From contig CT868241.1 in assembly GCA_000165425.1 (NCBI GenBank), positions 1 to 64,000 on the forward strand: 64,000 nt of DNA, written 5' to 3'. The stretch comes from Paramecium tetraurelia (lineage: Eukaryota). Made by a program: the position numbers and the translations under genes. This document shows positions 13,312 through 26,941 of this stretch, piece by piece (positions within the stretch are counted from its first letter, which is position 1; each line of letters starts with the position of its first letter). The notes beneath the pieces are model-generated. The model was not told the DNA's origin. It saw only the letters and a list, made by a program, of their open reading frames with translations, and did no database searches.

Positions 13312-16300
13312 TCATTTTTTTTATTCATATAAGGGGATTAGGTCAATTCTTAAATTTGAAATGATAGTTGAATTTTATATAATTGTTTATTTAGCTTATA
13401 TTAAACGGCTTGTGGCTATTGCTTTATAACATGTAATTGGATTAAGTTTCATTCTGATATTTGACCAAGAAAAATTATTAGCTTAAAAGGATTGTGTAAA
13501 TTATTAAACAAATTTACGATTTTTTAATTACTTCTATAAATTTAATTAAGTTTTAGATAGTTTAAATTGTTATAAGAAGGGATTTTTAGTTGCTTCCTAT
13601 AGAGTAGAATATTTTTGGAAACTTTATACTACTAATCCTGACTAAATAGCCAATAGATGTATAGAACAATCAGAGTTTTTGGCAATCAAAAATTCTGAAT
13701 CTTATGAAAAGGCTAGAGAATGCATTAAATCTAAGTTATTTTCAATTATTTTTATTTCTCCTTTTATTATATAATATAGGAATATGGTATTATTTTTATT
13801 TACCATAGCCAATATTTAATTATCAGCGGAGAAAATAGTTGCCCAAACAACCCCTAAATTCACTTCTAACAATTCAACTTATTCTCCAGTATCTAAGCTC
13901 CATTACCTAATAGTATTGTCATTTGATGTAGACACCAAAAGCTTTCCTTCAGGATTAAAAACCACTTATTGTATTGCCTCTGTATGACCTTTCAATACTT
14001 TCTCTTAATTTGTATCTTTTACAACCCAAATACGTATTGTAGTATCGCTACTTCCAGATGCCAATCTTAAACCATCATTAGAGAATCGAAGAGACCATAT
14101 AGTAGCTGAATGAGCAATTAGTATCTAAACATCTATTTGTGATTTCAGATTCCACAATCTTATTTTCTTGTCTCTTCCTGCAGATGCCATGGTTTGACCA
14201 TCAGCAGAAAAGGCAATCACTTCTACTTAATCAGAATGTCCAATTAATTTTTATCTTTCTTTTTCAGATTTCAGGTCCCATAATCTTATTGAGTAATCTA
14301 TACAAGCTAATGCCAGTGATTACTAATCAGGAGATTAAGCTACTGAATATATCCACATAGTATCACCATTTATTTATTGCATTTCTTTAATCGATTTGGT
14401 ATTCCATAATAATATAGAGTTGTCTTCACTTGCTGATACTAATGCCTCTCCATTAGGGGAAAATGCAATAGAATATACACATCCAGTATGTCCATCTATT
14501 TTCTACATTTCTGTACCAGTTGTTATATCCCAAATTCTAATTGAATGGTCGCTACTTCCAGATGCAAGAACTTTTCCATCTGGATAAAATGCTATTGATT
14601 ATACTGCATCTGTATGACCTTCTAGTTTCATTATGTCTTACCCTGAAACTGCATCCCATAATTATATGATATAATCTCCTCCAGCTGATGCCAAAATCTG
14701 TCCATTTGGAGAAAAGATCACACATTATAATGAATCATTATGTTCACTTAATTCTAATATTTCTTATCCTAATTTTGTATCCCATATTTTAACCAAATAA
14801 TCACCACTAGCAGAGGCTAATCTAGAACCATCACAAGAAAATGCAACTGACTATACAGAATCGCTGTGTCCTAGTAATTTAGTAATTAATTTTCCTGTTT
14901 TAATATGCCATAATATGATCGATTGATCTTCACTTCCAGATGCTAATAAATCTTCTTTTGGTGAAAATGCAACTGAGCACACCCAATTAAGATGTCCTTC
15001 TAATTTTGAGATTTCTTTTCCTGATTCTACATCCCATAATCTAACAGATGTATCACTACTACCAGATGCTATCAATTATCCTTTTGGACAAAATGCAATT
15101 GATTATACCCATCCAGAATGACCATCTAATCTACATAATTCTTTCCCAGATTTCAGATCCCAAATTCTTATTGATTAATCTTGACCTCCACCAGAAGCAA
15201 AGACTAATCCATCTGGAGAGAATGCTACAGAAGTGATTAATCCAAGATGACCTTCTAACATGTTCATTTCCCTTCCAGATTTAGTATCCCAAAGTCTTAT
15301 TGATTAATCATCACTGGCAGATCCTAAGATTGAACCATCTGGGGAATAAGCAACACTGTAAACAGTTTTTGTATGTCCTTCCAATCTCTAGATATTCTTT
15401 CCTGATTTGACATCCCAGATTCTAATAGTTGTATCGTTACTAGCAGACGCTAAAAACTATCCATCAATCGAAAAGGCAACAGACCATATCCCATCGTCAT
15501 GATCAGTTAATTTTTTTAGCTCCTTTCCACTTTTAATATCCCATAATATTATTGTTCTATCAAAACTTCCAGATGCTAATAATTGGCTGTCTGGCGTAAA
15601 TGCAACTGAATGAACAGGAGCTGAATGGCCTTCTAATTTTCTAATCTCTAAACATTACTTTAGATCCCATATTCTTATAGTTAAATCATCACTGCCAGAT
15701 GCCAATAAATGACCTACAAATGAAAAGGTTGCTGACCATATCCAGCCATCATGTCCATTCAACTTATTAACTTATTGACCTGAAATAGGATCCCATAAAC
15801 GGATAGATTTATCATTACTTGCAGAGGCAATCATTTAACCATCAGGTGAAAATTACACTGAGCGTACCTAATCTGTATGTCCCTCCAATTTCAATATCAA
15901 ATATCCGAAACTCACATCCCATAGTCTCACTGTATTATCACTGCTCCCAGAGGCTATGATTAAACCATCTGGAGAATAGGCAATTGACCTAACCCAACCG
16001 GTATGTCCTGATAATTTCAAAATCTCTTTTCCTGATTTGGTATCCCATACTCTTACTGTATAATCATTACTAGCGGAAGCCAATGTTTATCCATCTGGAG
16101 AGAAGGCTACTGAAGAAACTGAATCAGAATGACCTTTTAGTGTTGGTAGTTCATTTGAATTGATATTAATCCATCTACAGTTTGATAATTAAGCCCTGTT
16201 GAAATTGCATTAACTAATATTTACATTATCCATTTTAGATTCATTTAATTTAGTACTATAAAATGAGGCACCGTTAAGATTGGCATTTTTTATTTAAATG

Positions 16301-19300
16301 TGTCCTAAATCTAAATAGTTAAAAACCTCTCCTATTTAATTAAGTATAAATAAAGAATTCCCTGCCTCTTGTTAGATGGGTTCTAAGCAGGATAATTTTA
16401 CTATTGCCATTAGAACCTCCTTTAATCTTTGATTTTAACTAATTTCAGACTTTAAAAAGTGAATCATTCCTTAATATTATTCTTCTGAAAAATTGAGAGT
16501 ATTAAACTTGCTCTCTTTTATTGTCCTCACAATTAATTCAACCAATTTTTATACATTCTCTTTGCCAACACTAATAAACTCTTTATCCAAGTTAATTAAT
16601 TTATTTTTGTCTTATTAATTTCTTAATTTATCATTGATGTAAACATTTAGATCTTCTAGATTTAGAGTAGGTAATCTAAATAGGAAATCAAGGATGTATT
16701 TAGATACATAAAATTCTTAAATGGATTTATGAATAAATGAGATAGTATTGCCTTTCTGATTAAGAAGTGCGCATTTTCTTAGTAGATATTTTTATTCTGC
16801 TATTATTCCTTGTTGGCCAAAGTATTTATCAATCCATTCTTGTTGTTGAGTTCTTCCGTCATTTGAAAATTCTACTTAACTCTTTTTATTATATTGGGCT
16901 TGAGTTAACTACCTTTCTGTTAATTCTAAAGCAAGGGACTATGAAATATTTAATAGATCTGTAAAGAAGATTTCCTAATCAATTGCTTTGCCAATCATTT
17001 TTAGCTTTTGCACTTATTAATTATGATAGTAATCTATGAAAGCTTGATAAAAGGCGTATGGTGTATAATTCTAATTCTTTAAAGCTTATTTGATTAATTG
17101 TGCTTCTTATCCAAAATCAAAGGATTCATCATTAATCACTAAGAGTTTTCTCTCAATTTTAATTTAACTCAAAGGAGAATAATTTTTAAAGATTGATTTC
17201 ATTTCCAATTGTTTCCAGTGATTGAATGCACTCAACTGTTCAACTTCAATATCGAATACTTAATCTAAGTTTTGGGAATATTTCTTAATCAAATATTATT
17301 ATTCTTTTAAATTAACATAATTTTTTAGGAAATTACTTTTAACTTAATTGATATCAGAGGTTGCTGATGTCAATTTAGGAAAGATTTAAGCTACTATTTC
17401 AAGCATAAATGGCATTTACACAATACTTCTAATATTAATTTCATCCATAATCTCTATATATCGATTGGCACTCCAGATTTCTGATAGTTCTTTCTACAAA
17501 CTTTAGAGCAATTCTTCATGTTGGTCCTATCTTATTTCTATTTTAGGATTTTATGTGATAGAATTAATAATTGAAGTAATTTGATTCCTATTTAAAAATA
17601 AATTCATAAAGTTTTTGCCTTCTAAACTTTTTGATACAATCATTTAATTAATGGGCAACCATATTTTTTCGAATTCTTCAAAGCTGAAAAGTTTTCGCTC
17701 AATTTATATGCAATATTCATAAAAGTTGAGGATTTTTTATTTAACTAATTAAAGTACAAAACTTTTAAAGTATTGATTTTATTGTAGAGATGAAAACGAT
17801 TACAATTCCACTTCCTTCAATTTTCCATTGCCTTCAAACCATGTTTGATATAGATTTGAATTCAAGATTTCAGTTCTTGAAGTATAGATAACTTTTGGTT
17901 TCCTCCATATTTCATTTAATCTATTAAGAACGTATAAATTCTATTGTGAATACTCAGTTTTTAGTTCGTCATACCCATCCATAATTATAATAAGAGACAT
18001 CTTACCTTTTTGTATTTCTTCTTTTAATTGGTTAATTTAAATTTTGTCAAAGGATAATTGTTCAGATTACAGTGTCTCTTCTATGGCACTATGTAAAGGA
18101 TCCTTTAAACTTGGCAATGAAACAAAAATTGGTATTAGTATTTGTTCCTTTTTATGTTGTGTTTGCTATTATTCCCAAAGATATTCTTCTATTTTCCTCG
18201 CTATTGTACTTTTGCCAGATCCTGCTTAACCATGTATCAATAAAATATCTGATTAATCTTTGTACTCTTTTCCTGAATGATCATGCCATATAAAGTTATT
18301 AACTATTGAAATCTTATTTTAATTATCATCATCGAACATGGGTATCAACTTAGATTCTACACCATTTGATTTTTCTCTGCCATAGAGTGGAACAAATATT
18401 TTTGTTAAATCTATTTTCTTCTTATTTAAAAGAACAGTCTACTTTCTCAAATCAAGGAGTTATTAAAAGGACTTGCCTCTAAGGATAGAAATGTCTCTTC
18501 CTATTATATTTATAGTATTCTGAAGGTTTTCCAATTTATTCATTATCTATCCCAAATCTTTTTTAATATCTACTAAAAAGTACAAAGTAATATTTAACAA
18601 TTATTGCATCTCATTTATATTCCCAAGAAACTCCTAAAATTATTGATACTCAGATTGCATAGTTGATATTTTTTGATTTCTACTATCATCGTCAAACTCT
18701 TATCTAATCTCTTATTCTAATTCATTGATGTATTTTAATTTCATTTAAAATGCCTTTCTTAACTTCTCATTAATTGTAACTTAATTTCTTGAAAACAATT
18801 ATTGTTGTAATGATATTATCTCTTTATTCTTCAAGAGTGCTCTTACTCTTTGATCTTTTTCTATGCCCCATACTTAAATGAGCAGTTCTGTCACATAGGA
18901 TTAGATTTATTATTCTTCTGATAAACTCTGTATCTCAAGCAATTAAAATACCAAGCATTCTCTTATTTGATATTCATTATTATTGATAAAGTCTTTGATT
19001 TCTTCTAATTGCTTTTAGACTAATTTCTTAATATATTACTCAGATGATTAAATTGAATCTATACTCTCTTAAAACAAATCTTCATTCAAATATTTCAATA
19101 TTGCATTTAAAAATTCCATGTCATAATTTAAATTGTTTAGCATTTCAAATAACTATTTTGTCTTGATTTTTCCCAGCAATTCAACTATTTCATTAATATA
19201 TAAATTATTTAATTCTTATTTAAAGTTATATACTATCTACTGCCAACTAGTCTGATCAATTTCTTTTTTGTTTACAAACTTTTGAAGTTCTTAGAATTTA

Positions 19301-22113
19301 TTCATTAATGTTTGAGTATCTTAAGATTTAGTGATTAATTTGTAAATTAACTCCTTATTTATATTGCTTTTCTCAATAATCTCATCAAGTATTTAAATAT
19401 CTCCCTTTAATTTAGCTAGTATTTCTTTGTAATAGATATCAAGTTCGTTTTATTGTAGGTCCTCTACATCATTACAATCTACTTTAAGAAGATCCTATTG
19501 CAATGTTGACAATAAGACTAAGACATCTTAAATTTCAGAATTAAACGCATTTTGATCAGCCAAATTAATTAATGATTCGATTACATCGATATTCTTGACT
19601 GTTTAGTATAGTGACTTCAATGGATTGGCTTTTTCAGATAAGGAATGAACTCCTATGAAGTTATCATTGAATTTTGATAGATGCTATTTTAATTCACTTT
19701 ATAATCGATAATGCTACATTAGAATAGTCTTGCTCTTTTCAAATTTCTCTCTTTCATCAAACATATTGGATTATTTTTATAAGGCATTGATCATAAATTA
19801 GAAATACTCATCTAAACTTAATTTGAACTTTTCTATTAATACACCTTCTCTTTTTGATTCCATTTATGATATAATGACTATCTCAGATTGTTTTTGAATT
19901 AATTTATTGATATTTAAGTACTCTTGTCTAAACATGTCTAATATTTTATTAAATAATTCAACTTGTCTACAAAATGTTGAAAGTTTTACAGAAAATTAAA
20001 TCATTGTAATTTCCTTTTACTTGAAGTTATCAACTGATAGACTATACTACAAATCCTATTTTGTTTCTTCTAAATTCATTAAGTAATTCCATTATATATT
20101 TTCTATCTACTTTAAAGATTAAAATATGTTTTCAAAATTAATTTTACAGTGTTTGTTATTTAACAGAGGAATAGAATGTGACTCAAACTGTAGCTAAATT
20201 ACAATAAGCTCCTAATAAATCAAATTTTGATCTTAAATTTACCTTTTGTTCTAATTCTTCACTTTTTCTACCTAATCTTCAATAATTTCACTATAGATAT
20301 GATACTGTAAGGAAGTATCAGATATATAAGTTGATTTACTTATATTTTTTAAACTTAGAGAATCAAGAAAGATTTTATCTTAAGATATAGACTTAGATAA
20401 TTTAGTCAAAACATTTGAAAAGGAAGATTCAAAATCAGTTAAAGAAGTTTGTGTTTGAATTAAGTTTTCAATATGTGAATTCGAGGTTGAATGATTATAT
20501 GAAGTTAATTACAACTTAATGACATGATACGATCCATATAATTTTGATTAAACAGTGATTAACTACAAGAGGAGTGGGACAGTTTGATATATTAAATCCT
20601 CATTTTTTTGAATTATTTCTTATAAATCTTGAGTTTGCTCAATAGACTCCTTTTATTATTAAATGGTGTTTACTAACTCTATTAGTCTAGGATTGTTTTC
20701 CTCCATTTAAGAATTGTGAGTTTCTAGATTCATAATTCTTATAATTTAGTTTTAATTTTCTTTATTTTGGAAAAGCAATTAATATATTTCTGAAATGAAA
20801 GGATCTATTGAATTGAATAGTTTTGTATGGGATGAAAAATGAAAAGTGACATAGTTATCTAATGCATTAAATTTTAGGGTTTTGGTCTTCTCAATCAATA
20901 GCAAGGATAGAGATTTAAAATTGTATAAGCCAAATTACTACAATATCGGTTTTACTTTTTTGTCTAATGTAAACTCTAAATTTAGTTTAATGGAATTAGA
21001 ATCGTAAGGTAAAGGTTTTAAATTGTATTAAGTAATAAATGATTCCCAAGTTCCTAAGCTATTTTGTGAATTTGATTAGTATTTGATCCAATCTTATTTT
21101 TATATAATTGGACGAAAAAGCAACAAATCTGATAAGAAATATATCCATAAGAAATGGATAGTGGAACTTTTAGATTCTCTGATTTGCTCTTCATATAATT
21201 TTTCTAGTTGTTTGACTACTCTGCTAATTCCTTGATCATTATTTTTTAGGTAGGCAATCATTGACCATTTCAAACATTCAAAATTGTAATATTTTTGATA
21301 TATCTTTTCGCTTTTATACTCTTTGTATTTATCATAGATTTCTTCAGCAGCTTTAAATAAGAACTTAATCAAATCATCACTTGGAGTAAGAGTTGCAGCA
21401 GATGTAATTAAACCTTTCACAAATAACTGAAAAAGTTGGAAATTTCCATCGACAGGAATTAGCTAAATAGCAGCTTTGACAATTGAGATATGGTAGTTGA
21501 TCCCATTTTACCAAAGTGTATAGGCTTCTACTGATACATGAGATTCTAATTCTTTGATAGTGTTTAAAATATTCTTCTTATCTTCCTTCCTCATACATCT
21601 ATCATTGTTTTGTCTATAAAAATTAAATATGGTTTTGGATAAATCTGAGCATATTTTCAAAAGATAGAAACAATATAATCCTGATGTTCTTACATAAATT
21701 AAAGCGGATTGCAACAGTTATAAGAAGCATTCTAAAATGCAATCATAAAATAATTATGAATTCTCCTTTTCTCCTATCCAATGAATTTATTCTCTAGAAT
21801 CATATAGCCATTAATAGCAAATCGAGAATTCTGCCCTTTGATTTTCTTCGTTTATTGTTTTAGCAATTTGCACTATTATTTTTGATCTATATCTCAAATT
21901 CTCTAAAAAATCTTTAGGCAAGTTCTCTATTAAATGTTCATCTTGATTTTTCACAAGGAATGGATTCTGATTCTATTACTTTGAACCTACACACCCACCT
22001 CCTCTTAGATTAGATAATTTATCTAATGTTATTATTTTTACTTCATTTTGGAAGTTACTTTCCTTACTTTTTCTTGATACTACAAGAGATTTTTAAATCA
22101 TTTTTTGTTGCAT
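13312..22113 (-). CDS. NACHT (STAND NTPase) + pentapeptide + WD40 NLR-like protein, ~2933 aa, apparently intronless
   Basis: All minus-strand track fragments share one frame with ATG 22113 and TGA 13314-13312; Walker A LIHGQAGSGKST (18231-18205), Walker [10 protein letters not shown] (~17990-17965), pentapeptide stretch [23 protein letters not shown] (~16290-16170), ~20 WD40 repeats 16140-13640. Confidence 0.92.
13640..16140 (-). repeat. Array of ~126-nt (42-aa) WD40 repeats: 18 canonical + 2 degenerate
   Basis: L.GH...[22 protein letters not shown] periodic every ~126 nt. Confidence 0.9.
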
Positions 22114-22293
22114 TTCAATTTAAAAATAGAAATATTATATAATGATAATAGTTAGAACTAGGAATAAATTTAACAATAATTCTTGAAACTGTTAATCCCT
22201 TAATTTAGTAACAGTATTTAAAATAAGGAATAATATGTTGATATATATAAGATTTATTTAGATAATATCATATATTTTGATTATTTATCAAAC

Positions 22294-23590
22294 TCATTAA
22301 AATATGATTTCAAATATTTAACACTCTACAATATTTGGAGTTAACTATCCAAATAAATAAGTGGAATTTTCTTAATTGCCAAACTTCCAAACATTTTGCA
22401 TTCTTTGTTATGGAATTAAAAATGTATATCCAAGTTTCGAATATCCATCAGCAAAATCTGTGTCAATGTATAGATCATGACCGGCTCCAAAAATAGGTCC
22501 ACTTTATGCACGACAGCAAATTGCTCCATTTTCATATCCTAATCTTTATTCATAAATCTCGTTCTTATCTTATGAAAATAGAAATGTTGAGTATGATGGA
22601 TCAGATCTGTGAGTAATCAGTTATTCACATATCCATTAACATGGAGAATACCCTCCAAATATTGCTTAACTAGATGACTTGAATACCATTAACAAATTAG
22701 ATTTTTTATTACAGATTTTCCAAAATGAATTAGCATTCAATCCATCCCTTGTACCTTAAAAAATCAATTCAGCATTTTTTATTTCATACTGCTACTTTTT
22801 TTTTATCTAATTGATGATTTTATTATAAAAACTATCATTTAAAAGATAACGAGTAGGAGGCTTTGGTTATAATTGTTTAATAAATTCACAGTGTGTAAGT
22901 ATTAAGGATTTAAGCAAAGCCTCTAATTTTTGAAATTCAGGAAAATTAACAGGGTCTTCATTTTTTAATTTCTATTAACTCAATACGGAACTTTCTTATA
23001 TTCTTTATAATAAGGAATTTTTGCATTCTTATGAAACATTCTAAAAGTATTAGTGCACATCTGTTTCTGCTTATTCAATAGCTTTGGGATTGATTGAATC
23101 TCCTAATTGCTCTAGATTAGTCATAATTGACTTAAACTCATGGAATTTCATTATCTATTATTTATTCATATATACCTATTCTAAATTCTATCGAATTACA
23201 GACTTTGAATCCAAAAATAATTTAATATTTTGTTACAATTCCTCTAACATCTTTGTAAATCCATTTTAAATATCTAAAATAAAGGATTCAAATTGTTTGA
23301 TTTATTTATTTAAACTAATTTCATCATGTTTTGCAAATTCTCCAAAAAAATCCTTTATATCTCCAGACACTTCTAGTTTGGAGAATAGAAATTCTGGTGA
23401 CTTCAATCCCTTATATAATGAAAAACTAAATTACTGTACTCATATTTATGAGATTCTAAAAATTAAATTTCGGATTCGTGTCAATTAAGTCCTGTTAGCA
23501 CTAATCACAAATGAATTCGGTTCTGTCTTTATCAGTACTTATGAATTGGACATACGAACCATCATGTTTATAGCATGGTATTTTATACAT
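22294..23590 (-). CDS. TLDc-domain protein with N-terminal CxxH..CxxC motif and coiled coil
   Basis: MYKIPCYKHDG..FICDQC; TLDc motifs LIFQGTRDG, IFGGYSPCQW, TFLFSQDKNEIY, GPIFGAGHDLYI; 25-nt intron ~23410-23434; TGA 22296-22294. Confidence 0.88.
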
Positions 23591-23630
23591 TTGTAAATTG
23601 ATATTAATTTATAAAATGAATTAACATAAA

Positions 23631-24140
23631 ATGATTGAAAAAGAAGTATCAACTATTATGTTTAATTAATCACCAAATTTTAATCAAAAAGTATTACAAA
23701 TAATGATTTCAACTTGTAAAGAGGAAATTAAGATATGGACCTCTAACAAGGTAAAAGTTAATTATTGAATAACTCTAAGGGCACAGAAGATGTAAATTGC
23801 TTGGCGTATAGTAAATTCACTCATGTCTTATATCTGGTTCTGATGATTAAACTATTAGACTTTGGAAGTAATAGAATGGAGCTCATTGGAGTAGTAGATA
23901 AGAATATAAATAGCATAAAGGATATGTATAATGTAAATTTTTAGGTAACACTGAATCTGAACTTCTTTCTGGAGAAACTGATAAGTCAATTAAAGTTTGG
24001 AGAGTAATTTAGACAAAAATGAAGTAGATTTTTTGTAATATTTGGATTAAAATGAATAAAGGGTATTTCGGATTAACATAGAAACAATAGAAATCTTATT
24101 TAGTATCCTGTGGAGAAGATAGAAAAATTCTACTGATATC
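23631..24140 (+). pseudogene. Frameshifted WD40-repeat gene relic
   Basis: LQGH, TEDVNCLAYSK, ISGSDDQTIRLWK, LLSGETDKSIKVW, LVSCGEDRKI lie in different frames with no GT..AG intron able to join them. Confidence 0.7.
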
Positions 24141-24242
24141 TCTCAATCAAAAAATAGTCTATTTATTTATGAAAAGGTGTATATTTATTTCTCTAATAGA
24201 ATATAACATAAAAAAATGGATTTTATTTCTTTATTTAAATCC

Positions 24243-25692
24243 TCAAAATTCCTTAAAACTTCTGATTTAGATTTCCTTCGAGCCTGCATCCCATGTGACT
24301 AACAACTCTCCATCATCAGTCATTTGCCCAAAAATATGATAATCATTAAATTAAATTGACTATTCAACCACAAAGCGACCATTTTTTTACATTCTCATTA
24401 AATTCACAAAATTGCCATTTTTATTTAATAGAAGGCATTTTGACTTAGAGTAGAATTATGAAAAGGAACTATCACATTTATTAGATCCAGACTTAACAGC
24501 AATTTCACTCGTCCTCCTAAACTAATTAGTAACTCTATCGATTTCGTATACATGCATTTAATCTTGAGCTGAAGGTTGGAATGTAAATAATTTATCATTA
24601 ATAAAGCATAATCTAAGTCCTTTTTAATCAACTTTGATCTTTTATCTAACATTCCAATTTGAATCTAATTCTGACCTTTCTATCACTAATATTTAATAAT
24701 CAAGCGAACTAGAAATCAATTTATTTTATTATTCATTTAAACTAATAGAAATTACGCTTTCGGTATGATCAGTAATAGTTTATGAACACTTCCACTAATT
24801 CTATTTTATCCAAAATTTAATAGTTTTATCTTAACTAGCTGATATAATTAAATCATCTTTATTATTCAATAATAAACACAATATCGAACCTAAATGTCCA
24901 TTCAATATTTATTCAAAATTCCATTAATTTTCTGCATTTTCCTTCCATATTATAATTGAATTATCTATAAATCCAGACACAAAATTATTTGAATTCTTCA
25001 TAAAGTTTAAAGTGTAAACTTAATTTTTATTCTAACATATTTATAGTAATTCCAACTTCCCCTAAATATATTAAAATACTTTAATATCATTTTGACTTGC
25101 TGCTACAACAAGTGAAGAATTTTTATTTAAAGCAATAGCATTACACCATTAAAGTTATTTATATGAATAGGTATTAGTGAGCTTAAAGGATAGTGGCTTC
25201 TTTCCCTTTTAATCTTCTCTATTTTATTTTTATGTTAAGTTGTTTTTATTATTGAATTTTTGAATTACTTGGTCTTTTTGTTCCAAATATTCCATTTATT
25301 CTCTCTATCTTTCTTCAATTAGTGAATCATATTTCTGCTAAATCAACATAGTTTCAGATCTCAATGTTTATTCCTTATTATTAACTTCTCTTGAGATAAT
25401 AAAATTTAAAGATGCTTTAATCTCAAAAATTATTTGATTTGTTAGAATTGGGTGTAAGAAATTTGGTGAAAAATTAGATTATGATTAAATTAAGGGTTTA
25501 CTGCTGACTTTACAAATTTAAAAACTTGAAGGAGGATGGAGTACATCCAATTGAATTTGATCAAGAAACGAACTAATTCTCTAATAGGAAATCTATGATG
25601 AAAATATAATATATTCTTACTTCAATTGATTATTAAACACCATTGAAACAATCTTCTGATATATTCTTAAAATATTTTGTCGAAATAGACAT
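24243..25692 (-). CDS. WD40-repeat protein (ciliate-expanded family)
   Basis: WCNAIALNKNSSLVVAAS, GHLGSILCLLLNNKDDLIISASQDKTIKFW, C-terminal FGQMTDDGELLVTWDAGSKEIQIRSFKEF*; start tentative (28-nt first intron). Confidence 0.8.
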
Positions 25693-26941
25693 TTAATGAT
25701 ATTCTATTAGAATTAATCTAAATAATATCTTATCTGTTATTCTCCAAATTATGAAATTTTTATGCATTATATTAAGAGATATCAATTTCCCATTCAACTA
25801 ATAATTCAAGTATCATCTATTTTCAAAAGAGTCACAAATAATATCTTATAAAGAAAGAATCAAGAAATAATGGGAATATAAATATCTTGTTAGTTATAAA
25901 ATAATCAATATGCGAATATGGGTCTAGAGTATATTTTTAAAATTTGATGAATTTATTTGAATGACTGTAGAAGATGTGAGTAAGCGTTCTGCTTAAATCT
26001 TTGAAATGAAAAATGGATATTTTTATTACTATTTATTTTATAAGAGAACAGCTTAATGGGTAAGATAAGATAATTACAGAATAATGTGTTCTTGGTAGGA
26101 TAATTAAGATAGTGTAGTTGTTTTGGATTTTGGAACTAAAAAATATCATATTTACGATATATAAATTAGATATATAATGTTTAAAAATAAATATTGAATA
26201 AATCAATTCTAGGTATATTCAAAACAATATTTCATATAGTATGATAATTGTTTACCCTGAAATTATATTGCTTGATAAAGGTTAAATGTTCATGTTAAAA
26301 ATAACCATATTACAGATTAATTAAAACTTAATCCAGTCTATTTTATGAATTTCACAAGGATATGTCTATCTCAATTTTGATAATTAGTGAATAGGGCATG
26401 CAAACACTAGTTTAAGTTATGGTGCTTTATTCAAGCAAAATTTAATCTAATTTTTTATCGATAATAATTTCCCAAAAGATAATCTTAGATTACTCATAAT
26501 TGTCTTTTATAAATTAGCTAAATATCTTAATAGTACCCAACTCTAATTTCAATTTAGACCTATTTTGTATGACACTTTTAGAACTAATCAATTGTAGAGA
26601 ATAAAAGCTTATTCTTTTTTATTGAATATTCACCTTTTATAAATAATGATTAATTAATAATCCTTGAATTAATAGCTTTCACTATTTTTCAGGCATGATT
26701 TATTTGTCAGGATCTTAATAAGGATCAATTAATATAAATCAAAATTTAAAGATGATTATAAATAAATTATAACTCTACAAAATTAATAAGTAAGTAGATA
26801 ATTAAATACATGATGTCTATATGATATTAAAAGATAAAAGAAAAAGTCTCATAAAACAACTGTGTTATTGATGTGAAATCAATGAAAAGATAATATATAT
26901 TGACTTCATTTCCAATACTTAGAACTATTATTAATATATAT

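Noticed and set aside
25800..26900. Long spacer checked for IES, transposon, telomere or RNA gene
   Set aside because: No C4A2/C3A3 telomeric repeats, terminal inverted repeats, transposase motifs or tRNA-like structure seen; TA-bounded IESs cannot be called without germline/MAC comparison
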